From Okamejei kenojei (taxonomy: Eukaryota), in the NCBI GenBank assembly GCA_035221665.1, contig CM069166.1:9238001-9302000 (forward strand): 64,000 bases of DNA, written 5' to 3'. The notes under the pieces are model-generated. The model ran no database searches. It was given only the letters and a program-made list of their open reading frames with translations, and had not been told where the DNA came from. Shown here in pieces: positions 9,901 to 22,489 of the stretch. A program made the position numbers and the translations under genes. The number at the start of each line of letters is the position of its first letter. Positions within the stretch are counted from its first letter, which is position 1.

Positions 9901-12900
9901 AGAGAGTACTACAAATAAATATTATAAGCTTCCAAAATGCAAGCTCTCCGACTTCATGAAACCGTTACAAGATAAATTTACATTATAAATGCCCCAATTT
10001 TCTAATACCGTAGTAAACTTATACAGGGCATTAATGTCACCAACTAAATAATATTTAAATGCACAAATTCTATTTATTGCTGCGAAAAACTCCAGCATTG
10101 GTAAACAAAGCAAAGCATCTCTCAAATGCTAAGACTGATAGGCAATTTCATCATTGCTGTGCTGTCCTGAGGGACAGGGACTCTCTTGATTCCCGATCTC
10201 AAAGCTCATTGTAACAGCAGCCTCCAAAATCCCTAAATGTATTTTATCTCAGTCAAGCATCAAGCTGGGGCCAATTCTGTGATTTGATTTACACCCAGCG
10301 TCCTGCCTTCTTCCTGTGTCTCTACTACAAGTAATAAATAGCATGACTAATGTGGACAGATAAGAAGGATGTGGTAATTTTTTTTTTCTCCTTTGAGAAT
10401 TGGTTAAAATACCTTTCAAGTAACTGAAGTAATTGGAAATGGTGATTTCAAGGAAAGTATTTCTTCATGAAGTTGTTAATCAGATAAATCAGATTTAAAT
10501 GACTTGTTGGAGGAACAAGAGGGAGGTGACAAGTATTCTTTTTACACTTCTCAAAACATGTCGCCTGAAGAGTGGTCAAAGCTAAATCAGCAACTTTCAA
10601 AAGGGAACTGAATTTAAACTTGAAAAGTTAAACATTTACAGGGCTATGAGGAAAGATCAGGGATATGGGTCCAATTGTGCAACTCCTTCACAGTGTCAGC
10701 ATAATCATGAAAACGCAAATGGACTCTACTCATTCGGGATGATGCTCTGAATCGGTTGAACACTGACATTGCACAACATTTTTGACAAGCACCTGTATCA
10801 TAATTTTGCCCTTTTCCAAACGTCCGACTGTCTGGGTTTGAGAAATTTTTCTGGAAGCGATAGTTTTGATTTGGAAGATTAAAAAATTCTGGATTTAAAA
10901 TGAAACCATTTTATATATGGCCGTGAGTAAACAATTTGGAGAAAAAAAAAATCAGCTTTGTTTGCAATCAAGATCAAAAGATCCCCTTTTGGCTGAGATA
11001 TGCAAGCATGCTATAAATGAATATAGGCAAGATACAAATTACAAAATTGGTTTTCACATAATAATCTTTTGAAGATCAATTCCTCCAAGTTCCAAACTCA
11101 GCATCACAAAGAAGTTAAACTGTAAACATTTCCCTACCTCATAACTAGATGCACCTCTTTATAAATCGGTTCTTAAGTGCATCATTATACTGGTGTATGG
11201 AGATAATAGAGACTGCTGCAATGGATATTAGTTGAGCTACTCTAGGTTCTTCATTTCCTTTCTTTCTGAAAATGTTTTGATAACACTTTAGTTATATGCA
11301 CTCATTCTGTTACTGATATTGGAAAATATCCATGATTTTTCTTTCAATATCTTAAGAGGAAAACTAAATTGAACCAAGTCTATAACTCAATCTTGTCCTT
11401 GCATTAACAATGGAAGGACTCATTGCCGAGAGAAGAATATTCAGGCTTTAAGAGACAAGTTTCTTTGAGCAATTCAAATCCAATTATATATCTTGCTCTC
11501 CTCCTAGACACGGGTATCTTTCTCCACTTTCCAAAATCTATTGGCACCAACTTCAGGCAATAGATTGGAAAGTAATTTCCAATATTTCTCGCACAGCCAA
11601 CTAAAAAAAGTGCATCTCTTGTGCAGAGCTGTCTGTGGAATAACTTTCTCCGAAGCATTTTTATATCAAAAGGCATGGAAAGTTGGCCCATGAAACAAAT
11701 TAAATTATTGCAGGGTCCAATTGTTCCAAATTAATCAGATTTACCATGTACTGAGTTACTCAGCTGACTATTTTTCTAGCAAATACCTGAACATTCATCA
11801 GAACTATAGTCCTGACACCATGTTGACAATTAACAGCAGGGTTGTTTAAAAGTGCTTTTTAAAAAAAAAATCACTTTTTCTTCCTGTGGCAAATGTGTCA
11901 TTTAACTTTTAATAATGGAGTAATTTTAATCAAGATGTATCATAAGCAAGCTACGTTATCAGTGCATTCTGAAAGCATGATCATTAGGTATAGGTGATCA
12001 CTCCAATGGAACAGATTCTAGGCTAAAGAAAAAAGACACCAGTGTATTGTATAAAAGGTGTGTTTATTCAATAATCGATACAGACCAAATGCAATTTTTC
12101 TGCCTCTCAGTAAAACCGACTTTAAACTGAGGTTACCAACACTGGAGCTGGTACTGTATAGTGGGTATTTTGGCACATTAAAATATGTTCATTTAAAAAA
12201 AAAAGAAAAAGGTTAAAAACAGCTGAAAAAATAAAATTATATTTAAAGGCAAAGACGAGGAATGGTACATTAATTTAAATTTTGCCATATTTGCCATAAA
12301 ACAATCACTCGTCTAATTCTTGCTGCAGAGTTTAACTAGGAGAACCAGCACTTCACTTGATGCTTTTAGCGAATACTAAAGAGACACTTGCACAGAAACA
12401 GCTTGTATATTTTGTACAACCCTCTGAAGAAAAAAAAGGAACGCCCAGAATCGACCATATAAAGATAAAACTCACACCTGGGCCTCCAAATCGTATGGAA
12501 GTCTGCTACATTAATAAAGTAAGTTTTTTTAATTACAGAAAACATACAAGTTAAGCATCGCACACCAACCATACCCACTATACAGCATCGGTTGAACTAC
12601 TCAAGGGCAGCTGAAACCTCTGGTTATTTGCAGAAAAGAAAGTCAGCTCTTGTATCTTTACTATTCAGAGGGACAACAGTACAAAACAGTTTCAGCAGTG
12701 CCATTCAACATTCGTATCTCCTGAGGTAATGAGACAAAACAATTTTACCTACTTTGGTTGGTAGTCCAGCTTTGATCCCAAACACTGCAGAAAAGAAATT
12801 AAAACAGGGAAAAACAAAAAAAAATGCTTTAGATGGGACAGCTGTTTAAACTCATAACCTCTGACATACGATTTTTTTTCTTCCCTTTTTTGTATTGCCA

Positions 12901-13614
12901 TAACCATCACATGGCTTGTCAGAACATACCCAGCCTAGTATGTGAAAACTCTGTAGATAAACAAAACCCGCAGACAGCACTATGCACTGTTAAAAAAAAA
13001 ATGAACACATAGTTGCACTGCTTAAATAGTCCATCCAGATTATACTGTTGTAACTTAGTGAAGGGGCCAGTTTTCCCAATTACAGGGGAATCCACCCATA
13101 TATATCATAGTATCGCCCCGTTCTCTCATGAGCAGTGAAGGAGACGAACTAGATTTATGGAGCCAATGCAGCAAAACCGTTCAGGAAACAGGGCCCTGAT
13201 ACTGTAACCCCGTTTGATTGAGTACATCAGAATGTTGTGTCTTTTCGTACATAGTGAAGGAGTTTGGCGAGGACAGCCTTGCAGCTAATGGGTAACCCCT
13301 CCCTACCCTCTTTACAGTAGTATCATTCGGAAAGCTGGACGCACATTTGTGCACGTGTTTTCTAAACAACAATAAGTTTTTTTTTGTCTATTTGTTCATT
13401 CCTATATTGTGGGTTAAATGTAAGGCAGACTTCTGTCCATCCATGTCCATCCATCCATTCAAGGCATCGACTGAACGATTCGCTCACTCACTGGGTCACA
13501 CATGCAGAAAGACCGTGCACCAAGAACCTGGCCCAAACACTACGGTGCCACGCAACTCATGGAAAACAGTTTCGTAGTACTTTCAAAAGTCAGGATATCC
13601 AGGAAAAGGAGTCC
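6960..13614 (-). other. BRD4 long-isoform 3' UTR (inferred), with candidate poly(A) signals at 12063-12068, 7371-7376 and 6975-6980
   Basis: AT-rich, largely transposon-free stretch after the stop codon. Minus-strand AATAAA hexamers, those at 12063 and 6975 followed by GU/U-rich tracts. The true end cannot be fixed without transcript data. Confidence 0.55.
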
Positions 13615-13683
13615 TCAGAAGAGATTCTCTTCAAATATTGCCATTAAGTCGCTCTGAAAATTCATGTCAATCGTAGCCGCCAT
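13615..13683 (-). CDS. BRD4: BRD4 terminal coding exon (C-terminal P-TEFb-interacting motif)
   Basis: tttag|ATG; encodes MAATIDMNFQSDLMAIFEENLF*, nearly identical to the mammalian BRD4 C-terminus. Confidence 0.97.
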   Translation of the reverse strand: MAATIDMNFQSDLMAIFEENLF

Positions 13684-14880
13684 CTAAATCACAAAAGAAA
13701 TGTATGAGAAAACAATCACGTACGGTTTGTCTATTCTGTCAGTAACTTAAAACTTTATTTTTTTCCAGAAATCTTCAAATGATTGCTTGCTATATAGCCT
13801 CACTAATATAAGAAACAGGCAAAGTCAATCTTTAGCGGATCAAAGGGCAAAAGTAGAGTTAGAAAACAGACTGGCAGAACAGACTTAAGAGGCTGTGGTC
13901 TGCCCTGCTCCGGTTTGTTAAATGGCAAGGGGGTTGTATTTCCAATGTTTGCTCAGAATTTCTAATGCCTAGTCGAGGGCCATGCCCAATGGATGCATGC
14001 ATCAAGGTTAGTTTACTCGAACATTCCTTTCTAAACTCAATGAGGATCAATAGAAGACCCCTATTCATAACCAGGAGGTCAAAACTTTAAAGTGAAGGGC
14101 AAACAATATATTTTAATGACAAACTTGTTAATTTGTCAACTTCACCTCTGCATTGATAACCCAAGAGAACACAGTCATTATCAGCTATAAAATAATGACA
14201 TAGTGGATCCTTAAATAAAGATCTTAGCTCTCCCCTCTTTTAGTATCACATCCCTTTTTTGTATCCATCAGTGTTTAACTCAGGGGCAGGTAAAAATCAA
14301 ATCCCCATCAACTAGCCAGAGTCCCTTCTGTTTCAAATATTTTTAGATGGTTCTTCTCACTTCACCATTAAAACTATCTTAAACTCGCTAAATGGTTGCT
14401 GGTCAAAAATTCAAAGTATCACCTTAATATATCACGATTTCAAATGCTAATCAGTATTTTCATACTGACCCTAATTTTTGCAATTTGTGTATTTAATCAT
14501 CAGTGTCCAATGAAAACAATTATGTAAAAAAAAATTTTTTCACCAACTCCCAAAGGTACTAATAAGTCCCAAAGGTGTACTAATATTCCCAAAGTTACCA
14601 ATATTGCACAAGTGCACTGGCCCTTCAGTAACAACTTATTTAACACACACTGCAGAAATGTTGAACCTATTCTATACTTTTACAATATTCATACACAAAA
14701 TTCTTCTGGCTGATATCAATGGATTCCATATCACAAAAAAAAATTAGGGACATTTTTTCCCCTCTGTAAACCCACGGCAAACTTTCTAAAATGTTATCAC
14801 AAACTAATAGGCCTGGTTCTAAGGGACTGCAAATCTTGTTCAGCAATCCATCCCATCTACGAGTTGCACTGGGAACTTAC

Positions 14881-15169
14881 TGCTTCCTTCCGCCTTCGTT
14901 CTTGCTCCCGCTTCCTTGCTAGCTCTCGCTGCTGATCCAGCATTGACTGTGAGNNNNNNNNNNNNNNNNNNNNNNNNNNNNNNNNNNNNNNNNNNNNNNN
15001 NNNNNNNNNNNNNNNNNNNNNNNNNNNNNNNNNNNNNNNNNNNNNNNNNNNNNNNNNNNNNNNNNNNNNNNNNNNNNNNNNNNNNNNNNNNNNNNNATGC
15101 TGCTGCTGTCTTCTCACCTCCTCGTGAGCCCTCCGAGCACACTCCAAAGCATCCTCCTCATCCCGACTT
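14881..15169 (-). CDS. BRD4: BRD4 penultimate coding exon (contains the N-run)
   Basis: (R)SRDEEDALECARRAHEEVRRQQQH-[N]-SQSMLDQQRELARKREQERRRKEA; ccag acceptor and GTAAGT donor. Confidence 0.93.
14954..15096. other. Undetermined sequence (143 N) inside a BRD4 coding exon
   Basis: Run of N at the position of the Gln-rich tract. Confidence 0.99.
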
Positions 15170-15284
15170 CTGGAAATTCAAACCAATATTCGGTCAAAAG
15201 CATTACAAGGACGGCAAAGCGCCACATGTTGAGTTCTTGCTCAGTCAGCTGTAGACATATTCAATACACTTGAGCAATTGTTTT

Positions 15285-15445
15285 GAGTTTTAGTTTTGAA
15301 GATACAGCCAGAAACAGGCCCTTCTATCCACCGAGTCCGTGCCAACCAGCAATCCCAGCAAACTAACACTATCCTACATACACACTCAGGACAATTTACC
15401 ATTATACCCAGGCAATAAGCCTACAAATTTGTTTTGCTTTGGAAT
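15285..15445 (-). mobile_element. HE1-type SINE 3' fragment
   Basis: GAAACAGGCCCTTC...CCACCGAGTCCGTGCC...AACACTATCCTACA is the reverse complement of the SINE tail. Confidence 0.7.
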
Positions 15446-16437
15446 AAAAGCAATACCGAAAGCAATGGCTTAGAGTTTTGCTGCAAACGAATATCAAAGA
15501 AAATCTGATGACCTCTGATCATTTACTTGTACATTTAAGATTTTCCCCATAACATTGGCTGAAAACCTGAGCTAATAATATGACCAGGATAACAAAGCAG
15601 TTTGGAGCCAGAGAGGACAAGCAAGCAATCACGCATCTCCTCCACCAAGTTGATTAGGAAATTAAAAGTGACACAAGTATCAATAGGAATAGTGATTTCA
15701 ATGTTAAATTAGATTTAAAAGAAACAAAGGAGGGGAAAAAGTAATGAATTGAGGAAAAAACTGTTTTAAAGCCTCAATCAACAACAAAAATTTGAAGGAA
15801 ATTACATTGCAATCTTTCCCCTTTGGTACTATTCAGATTGATTTGCTTTATTAATGCACAGTGGTGTTAAATGGGCATTTAGACAGGAAATTAATAAACC
15901 TCTGTGCATTGAGTTTGTATCTGATATGCAAGCATACAAAACAGCCTTCAAGGATGGGAGGAACAGTGTGACGCAACTCCTACGGTAACTTTACCAATAT
16001 TTCAAATAGGCCATTTTGTCAGAAGAAACTTGATCATAATATTCAAGTTTCTTCTGCTGCATTCCAAAGACTCAACCTGAAAACACAGCACAGGCCAACA
16101 ATGACTACTTAGTAGACAAATCAAGAAAGAAAGTTGATTTAACAGAGTAATCTTCATCCACAATGGGCCTTCCTTGTAACAGAGAATTGCTCCTTTCCAT
16201 CCGCATGTTAACCTGGCACACGTCTACAGGTGCTGAGGTGTGAACATTTTGTGCACAATGAGTTCAGTGGCAATAAGCACCGGGCACCAAGGACGGCTGA
16301 CAAGAAACAAAGGAACCAAGGCAAACCTTACAGTAAATACAAAAATGAATTTCACTGTACCTTGGTGCATGTGACAATAAAGTACAATTGAAATATGTAA
16401 GCTAGATTGTGCTCAGAAATGGAAAGGCTAGACTTGC

Positions 16438-16664
16438 CGCTGTCTCTCCTGCTCCATGCGGAGACGCTCCTTCTCCGCTGCCTCGTGTTGCATCTTGCGG
16501 TACTCTTCCTGTGCTTTAAGCGCCTTTTCTCGCTCCTCTTTCTCTCGCGCCGCTCGCCTAAACTGCTCAAAGCTATCGCTTGATGATTTTGCCGTAGATG
16601 AGGGAGTGGAAGGAGTCTTCTTAACAAGACTTGCCCATGATCCCATGTTCTTGATCTTGAGATC
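16438..16664 (-). CDS. BRD4: BRD4 coding exon with non-canonical GC donor
   Basis: [52 protein letters not shown]...EQERQ(R). 227 nt; only CG|GCAAGT keeps frame with the next exon. Confidence 0.93.
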
Positions 16665-17045
16665 CTAAAACATGCACGCATAAAGAATGTAGAACTCCAA
16701 TATGGTAACAACGCACAATTAACTCTCAAGCTGAACAGGTCTGAGAAACCAAAATAAACGATTTAGGTACAATTTAAGACTTAGTAATTCAAAGAAAAGG
16801 AATTTTGAACATTTCTATTTTTAAATAATATTTAACGTTAGTTCATTGATAAATAACTAAGTAGCTCATTCATCCAGTTTCATGGACCCAAATGATCACT
16901 GAATCGGAATGAATTACCAAACATCAGGGATACAATTCAGGAAAATAACAATCAAAATATATATATTTTCCCACAATGGAGGAGTCTCCTAAGGGGACTT
17001 CAGGACAGGAATAAAAACAAGTGGATTGGTCATCAGTTAATAGTA

Positions 17046-17553
17046 AGGGGCTGTCCCACTTGGGCGACATAATTGGCGAGTTTAGAAGTTTGAAAAACGA
17101 CATGTTGAAGACCTCCTTCGACTATATAGAAGATTTCCTTCGACTATGTTGAAGACCAGTTTCGAATAGCTACGACTAACTTCGGGAAAATTGGACACCG
17201 AATAGTGGAGAGTGAAGATGACCTCCTTCGACCTCCCTTCGACTATGATGAAGGCGCTCTACGACTACCTTCGACAACCCTCGATTAATTACGACTAACA
17301 TGCCGATCTACTACGATTAAACTTACGAGTAAAAAAAGTATCGATTTTTTCCATGGCGACCTTTTTTTACTCGCGGGCATTTTTTAACATATTGAAAAAA
17401 CCGCTGCGACCTAACTGAGGCCTCGAGTTCGCGGAGACCACTCTCGACCATGAAGGAGAGCTACGAAGACCTACTACGACCATGCTGCGAGTATGAGTCG
17501 ATGGCAAACTCGCCAGAATTCGCGGATTAGGTCACCCAAGCGAGACAGGCCCT
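17046..17553. mobile_element. PIF/Harbinger-type MITE with internal TTCGACTA-like repeats
   Basis: TIRs AGGGGCTGTCCCACTTGGGCGAC / GTCACCCAAGCGAGACAGGCCCT, same TIR family as 5426-6109. Confidence 0.8.
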
Positions 17554-17615
17554 TTAGTTATCGCTCCATATTGGAGTGGACAAGGTAATCAGTTAATGCA
17601 TGCAATGCCTCTCAC

Positions 17616-17746
17616 CTTTTTGGGAGCCACAGGAGTTTTGGGCGTCTGTTGTTTATGTTTGTCTTTGTCCTGAGGAGAAGGCTGCGAGCTGTGTTCCGGA
17701 GGCCGAATCACTGGCCCAGCAACTTCCATCTGCTTCATCTCCGCCC
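17616..17746 (-). CDS. BRD4: BRD4 coding exon
   Basis: 131 nt; (R)AEMKQMEVAGPVIRPPEHSSQPSPQDKDKHKQQTPKTPVAPKK; cag acceptor, GTGAG donor. Confidence 0.93.
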
Positions 17747-17852
17747 CTGCAGGAGGAAAGAACACAAAGTCCCTCAACACACATTTGAACAAAAATGATG
17801 GAAGCCTCTGTGGAGGGAGAAAAAAAAAGTGCAACTCGATGGGCCAAAGATT

Positions 17853-17963
17853 TGTAGGAAAGAACTGCAGATGCAGTCAGAAGAAGGGTCTCGACCCGAA
17901 ATGTCACCCATTCCTTTTCTCCAGAGATGCTGAGTTACTCCAGCATTTTTGTGTTTACCTTCA
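17853..17963. mobile_element. Penelope-derived mini-element with degenerate hammerhead-like core
   Basis: CAGAAGAAGGGTCTCGACCCGAAATGTCACCC; flanked by ATGGG(C/T)CAAAG repeats. Confidence 0.65.
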
Positions 17964-18225
17964 ATGGGTCAAAGGGCCAGCTTCCACATTGTTTCTAAAG
18001 TAAATGACAATTTCAGTGGAAACAGACATTGAGAAATGAGCTGATGCAGTCCTCCTGCTTGTGTTTGCAAGCGGAGTTCCTGAGATTATCTCTGAAGGGC
18101 AATGCTCTGATTTTTAAATTATGTCTCTTGTTCTGAAGGAAGGTCATAATCAAAGCAGGCGAAGAACCTCCGTCATATCTGAAAGGATGATAATGATCCC
18201 CAAGGCCATAGAATGTGCTACTTAC

Positions 18226-18391
18226 TGTGACCAAGATGTGGAGGTGGTTTGTTTCCCTCCCTCGGCTTTGATGGCTCCTGGCGCATTGAAGGACTAAATG
18301 GCTCATTTTTGATTACGGGTGAAGAGTGACTCTTCTCTTCTTTCACGTGCACCATCGGTTGCGACTGTACTATTGACGGTGTTCGGGGTTC
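18226..18391 (-). CDS. BRD4: BRD4 coding exon
   Basis: 166 nt; [55 protein letters not shown]; cag acceptor, GTAAGT donor. This frame is not in the ORF track. Confidence 0.92.
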
Positions 18392-19849
18392 CTGCGAGAG
18401 AATAAATATTTCTCAGACCATAGCAATCCAAATTAGACTGTTGAGATAAAAGTATCCAAGCTACTGTGAATCAGTGGAGTTTCCATTCATGCTACACTAA
18501 TATACACCCATAGTAAAATGAACGCATGTAAACAGCAGAATCAAACAGAAAAGGGCACCGTCTGGCAAGTTAGTGTAGACGAATATTGTAGTATTAAAAC
18601 ATGCTGGAAACAAATCAGGTCAGGCACCTTCTTAGAAAAGAGAAACATTTAAGGACAGAGACCTTTCGCTTGGAGTAGTCAGGCTCACTGTATTTTTCTG
18701 AAACACAATAGTTGCGTCAGTTCCAAGTAAGTTTGCAAAGATTGCTCCATGCATCGGAAATCTGTGCCCATTTCTGACAGGGAAGATTTTCCCAGGCTCA
18801 GAGGGGAGGAAGATTTAGAGGACAAGTCACAACAGGCCTTGTACAAAGCTGGAGAATTAGTATGCAGAGAAACTAAACTGCCCAGATTATATGCACTCAA
18901 AGTAAAATAGGTCAGTGTTCATTTCTCTACAGTGTCAATGCCAAAATATCATAACTATGCATGAGAATGATAGTTTTAGCTCATTACTATATATTTAGTT
19001 TCATGTTAATGGGTAGGTTTAGAATTTCAGGGTCATGATAACTTTCACAAAACTTCAATTTGCTTCAAATAAATTCTCAACTGGAATCCCTTGTGAAATG
19101 AGAGGTTGCCTGCAAAGTGTATGTGCAAAATCATACGTACAATTACACCAAATTTAACAAAGATTGAATGCACACTTTTCTGTCGATTACTTGAATTTGC
19201 CTCTGATAGAGGCTTCATTATCAAAGAACAGCTTTAGGAAAAATGCACGTGAAGTTGCACAGGGGGCGTGAGAGCAAGAGAAAAAATAACTTTTAAAGGA
19301 ATTAGTCAATTTCCAGAACAACCATTCAATTGGTTCGATTCACTGTTGCTGAATTTGACAAGCTGAATCCACTGAACTATTGACAAGCTTAAATTCATTA
19401 TATTGTGACTGTTGCTGTACCAAACATTCATCATATAAAGTGTGAGAACATTCTTCATGAACAATGCTTCTCAAAGATTCCCTGATTAGGACAATGTGAA
19501 ATTGTAAAGGCATCTGGCTTGATCTCAAGTCTATGACGATCTCAACACAAATAGTGACAGGGGAATTAAAACTGGACAAAGATCCTGCTCTTCATCACTA
19601 GCCACTGAACCTTCATGCGAGTCTAAATGTGCGTAGACAGATTATTAGTATCGTTTTTTTTTTAAATGCCCAGCAAAGCACTTTATTAGATGCATATTTT
19701 TAACCAAATGTTTTTTCACCATGTCCTGCAAACACTAATCGTTTTGTAGATGCTGATTTAAAGGCTCCCAGGAAGGTGCACAGAAAACTCCAAAACATTT
19801 GTGCCTTTGGCACAAATTTATTCACCTCCAGAAAAAAAAGTAGGAAGTA

Positions 19850-19883
19850 AGGCCAGGGCTCCTAGAGGCCGGCTAGGCCCCTG

Positions 19884-19915
<32 letters not shown>

Positions 19916-20847
19916 TCAGGGGGCTCCTGCATTTTCAATAAATTGAAAGTAATTCCTAAGCTTTCTGCTGGTAGTTTACATAACAGACGCTTAGAATTTA
20001 TTCTAACACGTAACCAGTAAAATTGCCCCCAAAAGATAAATATTTCATGAAATAAAGCCAAAAGAATCTTTACAAAAAATGTTTCCTGAATTTCTAAATG
20101 AGCTATTTGTAGCGATGCCAAAAGAACACAAAAGTAAAACTTACACATCACCTTAGAAAGGTACCATCAAGGCATAATTATGCACAATACTGCAAGGCAG
20201 TTAACTGTCAATACACTGATGTCACATCTACAACGCTACGGTAGAAAACTAAACACCCCTGCCAATAACAATAAAAACAAAAATTCCCAATTTAAACAGA
20301 AAATCGCCAGAAAGGGGAGGGGATAGCCGCTGCCCAGGAGGTAGGGCCCCACATTCCTCTAACCCCCACTATCATCGCCGGTCCCTTTCCAGTCGCAGCT
20401 CCATATGGGAAACACAAAACACTGTTGTGTTAATTTATTTATTTTCCCCATAAGAGAGGAGGGGATCAACGCCCCACAGCCATCACCCGTCTTAGCTGTC
20501 CGGGCGCCCAGGTCACCCCGAGCCCGTTCGTGGCCCTGTATCTTACCCACTCTGGTTCCCTCCAACTAACGGGCACCGTCACAGCTTGCATGGCGCCGCC
20601 GGGCTGATCTCAGCAGCAACCAAAGAGCGTTGTTGTGCCCCCCCCCGCTATTGGCTGATCTTGCTGACTTCCATCATGAATCACAAACTTGCCCGCCTCC
20701 AGACCAGTAGCTCCACTGACTCATCTTCCCTCACCCTTTTATTTTATAATCTTACAAAATCCGGCACAAAAAAAATTGAAAAATCTGATTCATTGTTAGA
20801 AAAAAAAAATCAGAATTCCGATTTAAATCGGAGGAATATCATGCCTG
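19850..20847. mobile_element. Probable DNA-transposon remnant(s)
   Basis: GC-rich GGGGTCCAGGGGCAGAGCCCCGGTGGGGG motif common in non-autonomous DNA elements; A-rich subterminal repeats ending CATGCCTG. Boundaries uncertain. Confidence 0.35.
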
Positions 20848-20897
20848 TTTGGAATAGATTATGCTTTGCCCCATTATATGGAAAATATGCTGTTTAC

Positions 20898-21004
20898 CTG
20901 TTTCTTAATCTGTACATTTCTTGGTGGTGACTGGACAAGGGATGGAAATTGTGGCAGTGGTGGAGAATGCATCAGGAGCGGAGAAGACACATCTGTCATA
21001 TGAG
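20898..21004 (-). CDS. BRD4: BRD4 coding exon
   Basis: 107 nt; (A)HMTDVSSPLLMHSPPLPQFPSLVQSPPRNVQIKKQ; phases fit both neighbours. Confidence 0.9.
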
Positions 21005-21159
21005 CTGAGAAAAGCAAGCAAGAAAAATTAAAACCACAATTTTCCACCAAAGGAAATTTAATCTAGCACTTTTTGTACCTTCAGAATTTCCCAAGAACTT
21101 TGCAACTTAAAAATGATGAGACATTTTTTCAAAGTAGTTAAGGGGTAAATATTTACCAG

Positions 21160-21510
21160 ATCAATGGGGTTTTGAAAGGCCTATAGAGTGGACATGGAAA
21201 GGATGTTTCCATTAGTGGGAGAGTGCAGAACCCATGGGAAAAGCCTCGCAATAAAATCAAAATAGGTTTGGATTGAAGATGGAGGTATTTCTTTAGCCAG
21301 AAGGTGGTGAATCCGCGGAATTCATTACCGCAGACACTGTGGAGGCCGTCATTGGGCACTTCTAAAACGAAGATTGATAGGTTCTTGATTAGGAAACGTG
21401 TCAAAGATTACAGGGAGAAGGCAGGAGAATGGGGTTGAGAGGGAAATATATATCGAATGGCGGAGTAGACTCAATGGGCCAAATGGCCTAATTCTTTCCA
21501 GTGCCTTATT
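21160..21510 (+). mobile_element. Older CR1 LINE 3' end
   Basis: TTTAGCCAGAAGGTGGTGAATC...GGAATTC and GGGCCAAATGGCCTAATTCT tail; degraded. Confidence 0.75.
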
Positions 21511-21895
21511 CTTCAAATTCTTCAAAACAGTATCAAGAAATCTTTTATGTTAATTTGAGTGAAAATGGACTGCTTAGAAAATTATTGTTTAATGAGTTTA
21601 TCAAAAGGTGCATATTGATTTTTTTTAACTTCAAATTGAATTATTATTTCAATGAAATTTTATCATTTCAAATACTACTTTATGATTATGTAGTTAGGTC
21701 TGTTTTGGACCTAACATTCTTTAGTTCTGGAACCAACTTGAATTTTTAACTTTAAATAATTCTGAAAAATCTTCACGATTTGTAAAATCTTGCTTAACAA
21801 AATATTTCCCAGGAATTCATCCCTTTTGTAAATCAAGGATTATTTGATTTGCTGCATAAATGACAAAGAGACGGATGTTTTTTAAGACTCCTTAC

Positions 21896-22489
21896 CTGTG
21901 GAGTAGGGATCAGGTTTTGGCTGCCGTGGGGAGTGGTGATGCTGAATGACTTGCTGAGGTTTTGCCTGCGGGGGAGGTTGGTGGGGAGGCTGCGGGTGCT
22001 GGATGTGTGGTGGAAACTGCATGGGCTGCATGTGAAGTGGCCTCGGCTGCTGCTGCTGCTGCTGCTGTTGTACCTGCTGTTGGGAAAGAGGCTGAGGCTG
22101 GGGATGTGGCACAGCCTGAATGTGGGGTGGAGGTTGGGGCTGTGCGTGAGATACCTGGGGTTGGCTGAGGATCGTCTGGGGCAGGGGCAGGGGCAGAGGC
22201 TGGGGCAGGGACGCAGTCTGCACCGTTGAGAGAAGCGGGGTGTGACTCTGGGCCTTTTGCAGCTGTTGCAGATACAGGTGCATCTGAGAAGTATGTAGGG
22301 GGATTGAGAGATGAGATGGTAGTTCTTCCTCTTCTAGAATAGCTGGCGGCTGAGTCATCTGTGGGGGCTGTAATATAGGCTGTGGGACCATGGGCGGGGA
22401 CTGTGCAAGAGGACGAGGCTGTTTGGGAGGTAATGGTGCCGCTTTACCACTGGGTCTGGATGGCTGTTGAGGCAAACTACTGTGCAAGG
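21896..22489 (-). CDS. BRD4: BRD4 large Pro/Gln-rich exon
   Basis: 594 nt; (A)[22 protein letters not shown]...[10 protein letters not shown]...[23 protein letters not shown](G/A); poly-U AG acceptor, GTAAG donor. Confidence 0.96.

Noticed and set aside
9350-10260. Possible ancient SINE or tRNA-like remnants in the BRD4 3' UTR (about 9350-9450 and 10130-10230)
   Set aside because: Only vague resemblance; a Dfam HMM search would be needed before any call.
14548-14605. Three imperfect copies of an about 19-bp unit (TCCCAAAGGTACTAATA)
   Set aside because: Short intronic slippage repeat without unique spacers; not CRISPR-like and no functional hint.
17100-17330. Regularly recurring TTCGACTA motifs resembling a repeat-spacer array
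   Set aside because: Internal degenerate minisatellite of a TIR-bounded MITE in a vertebrate genome; no constant repeat length and no cas genes.
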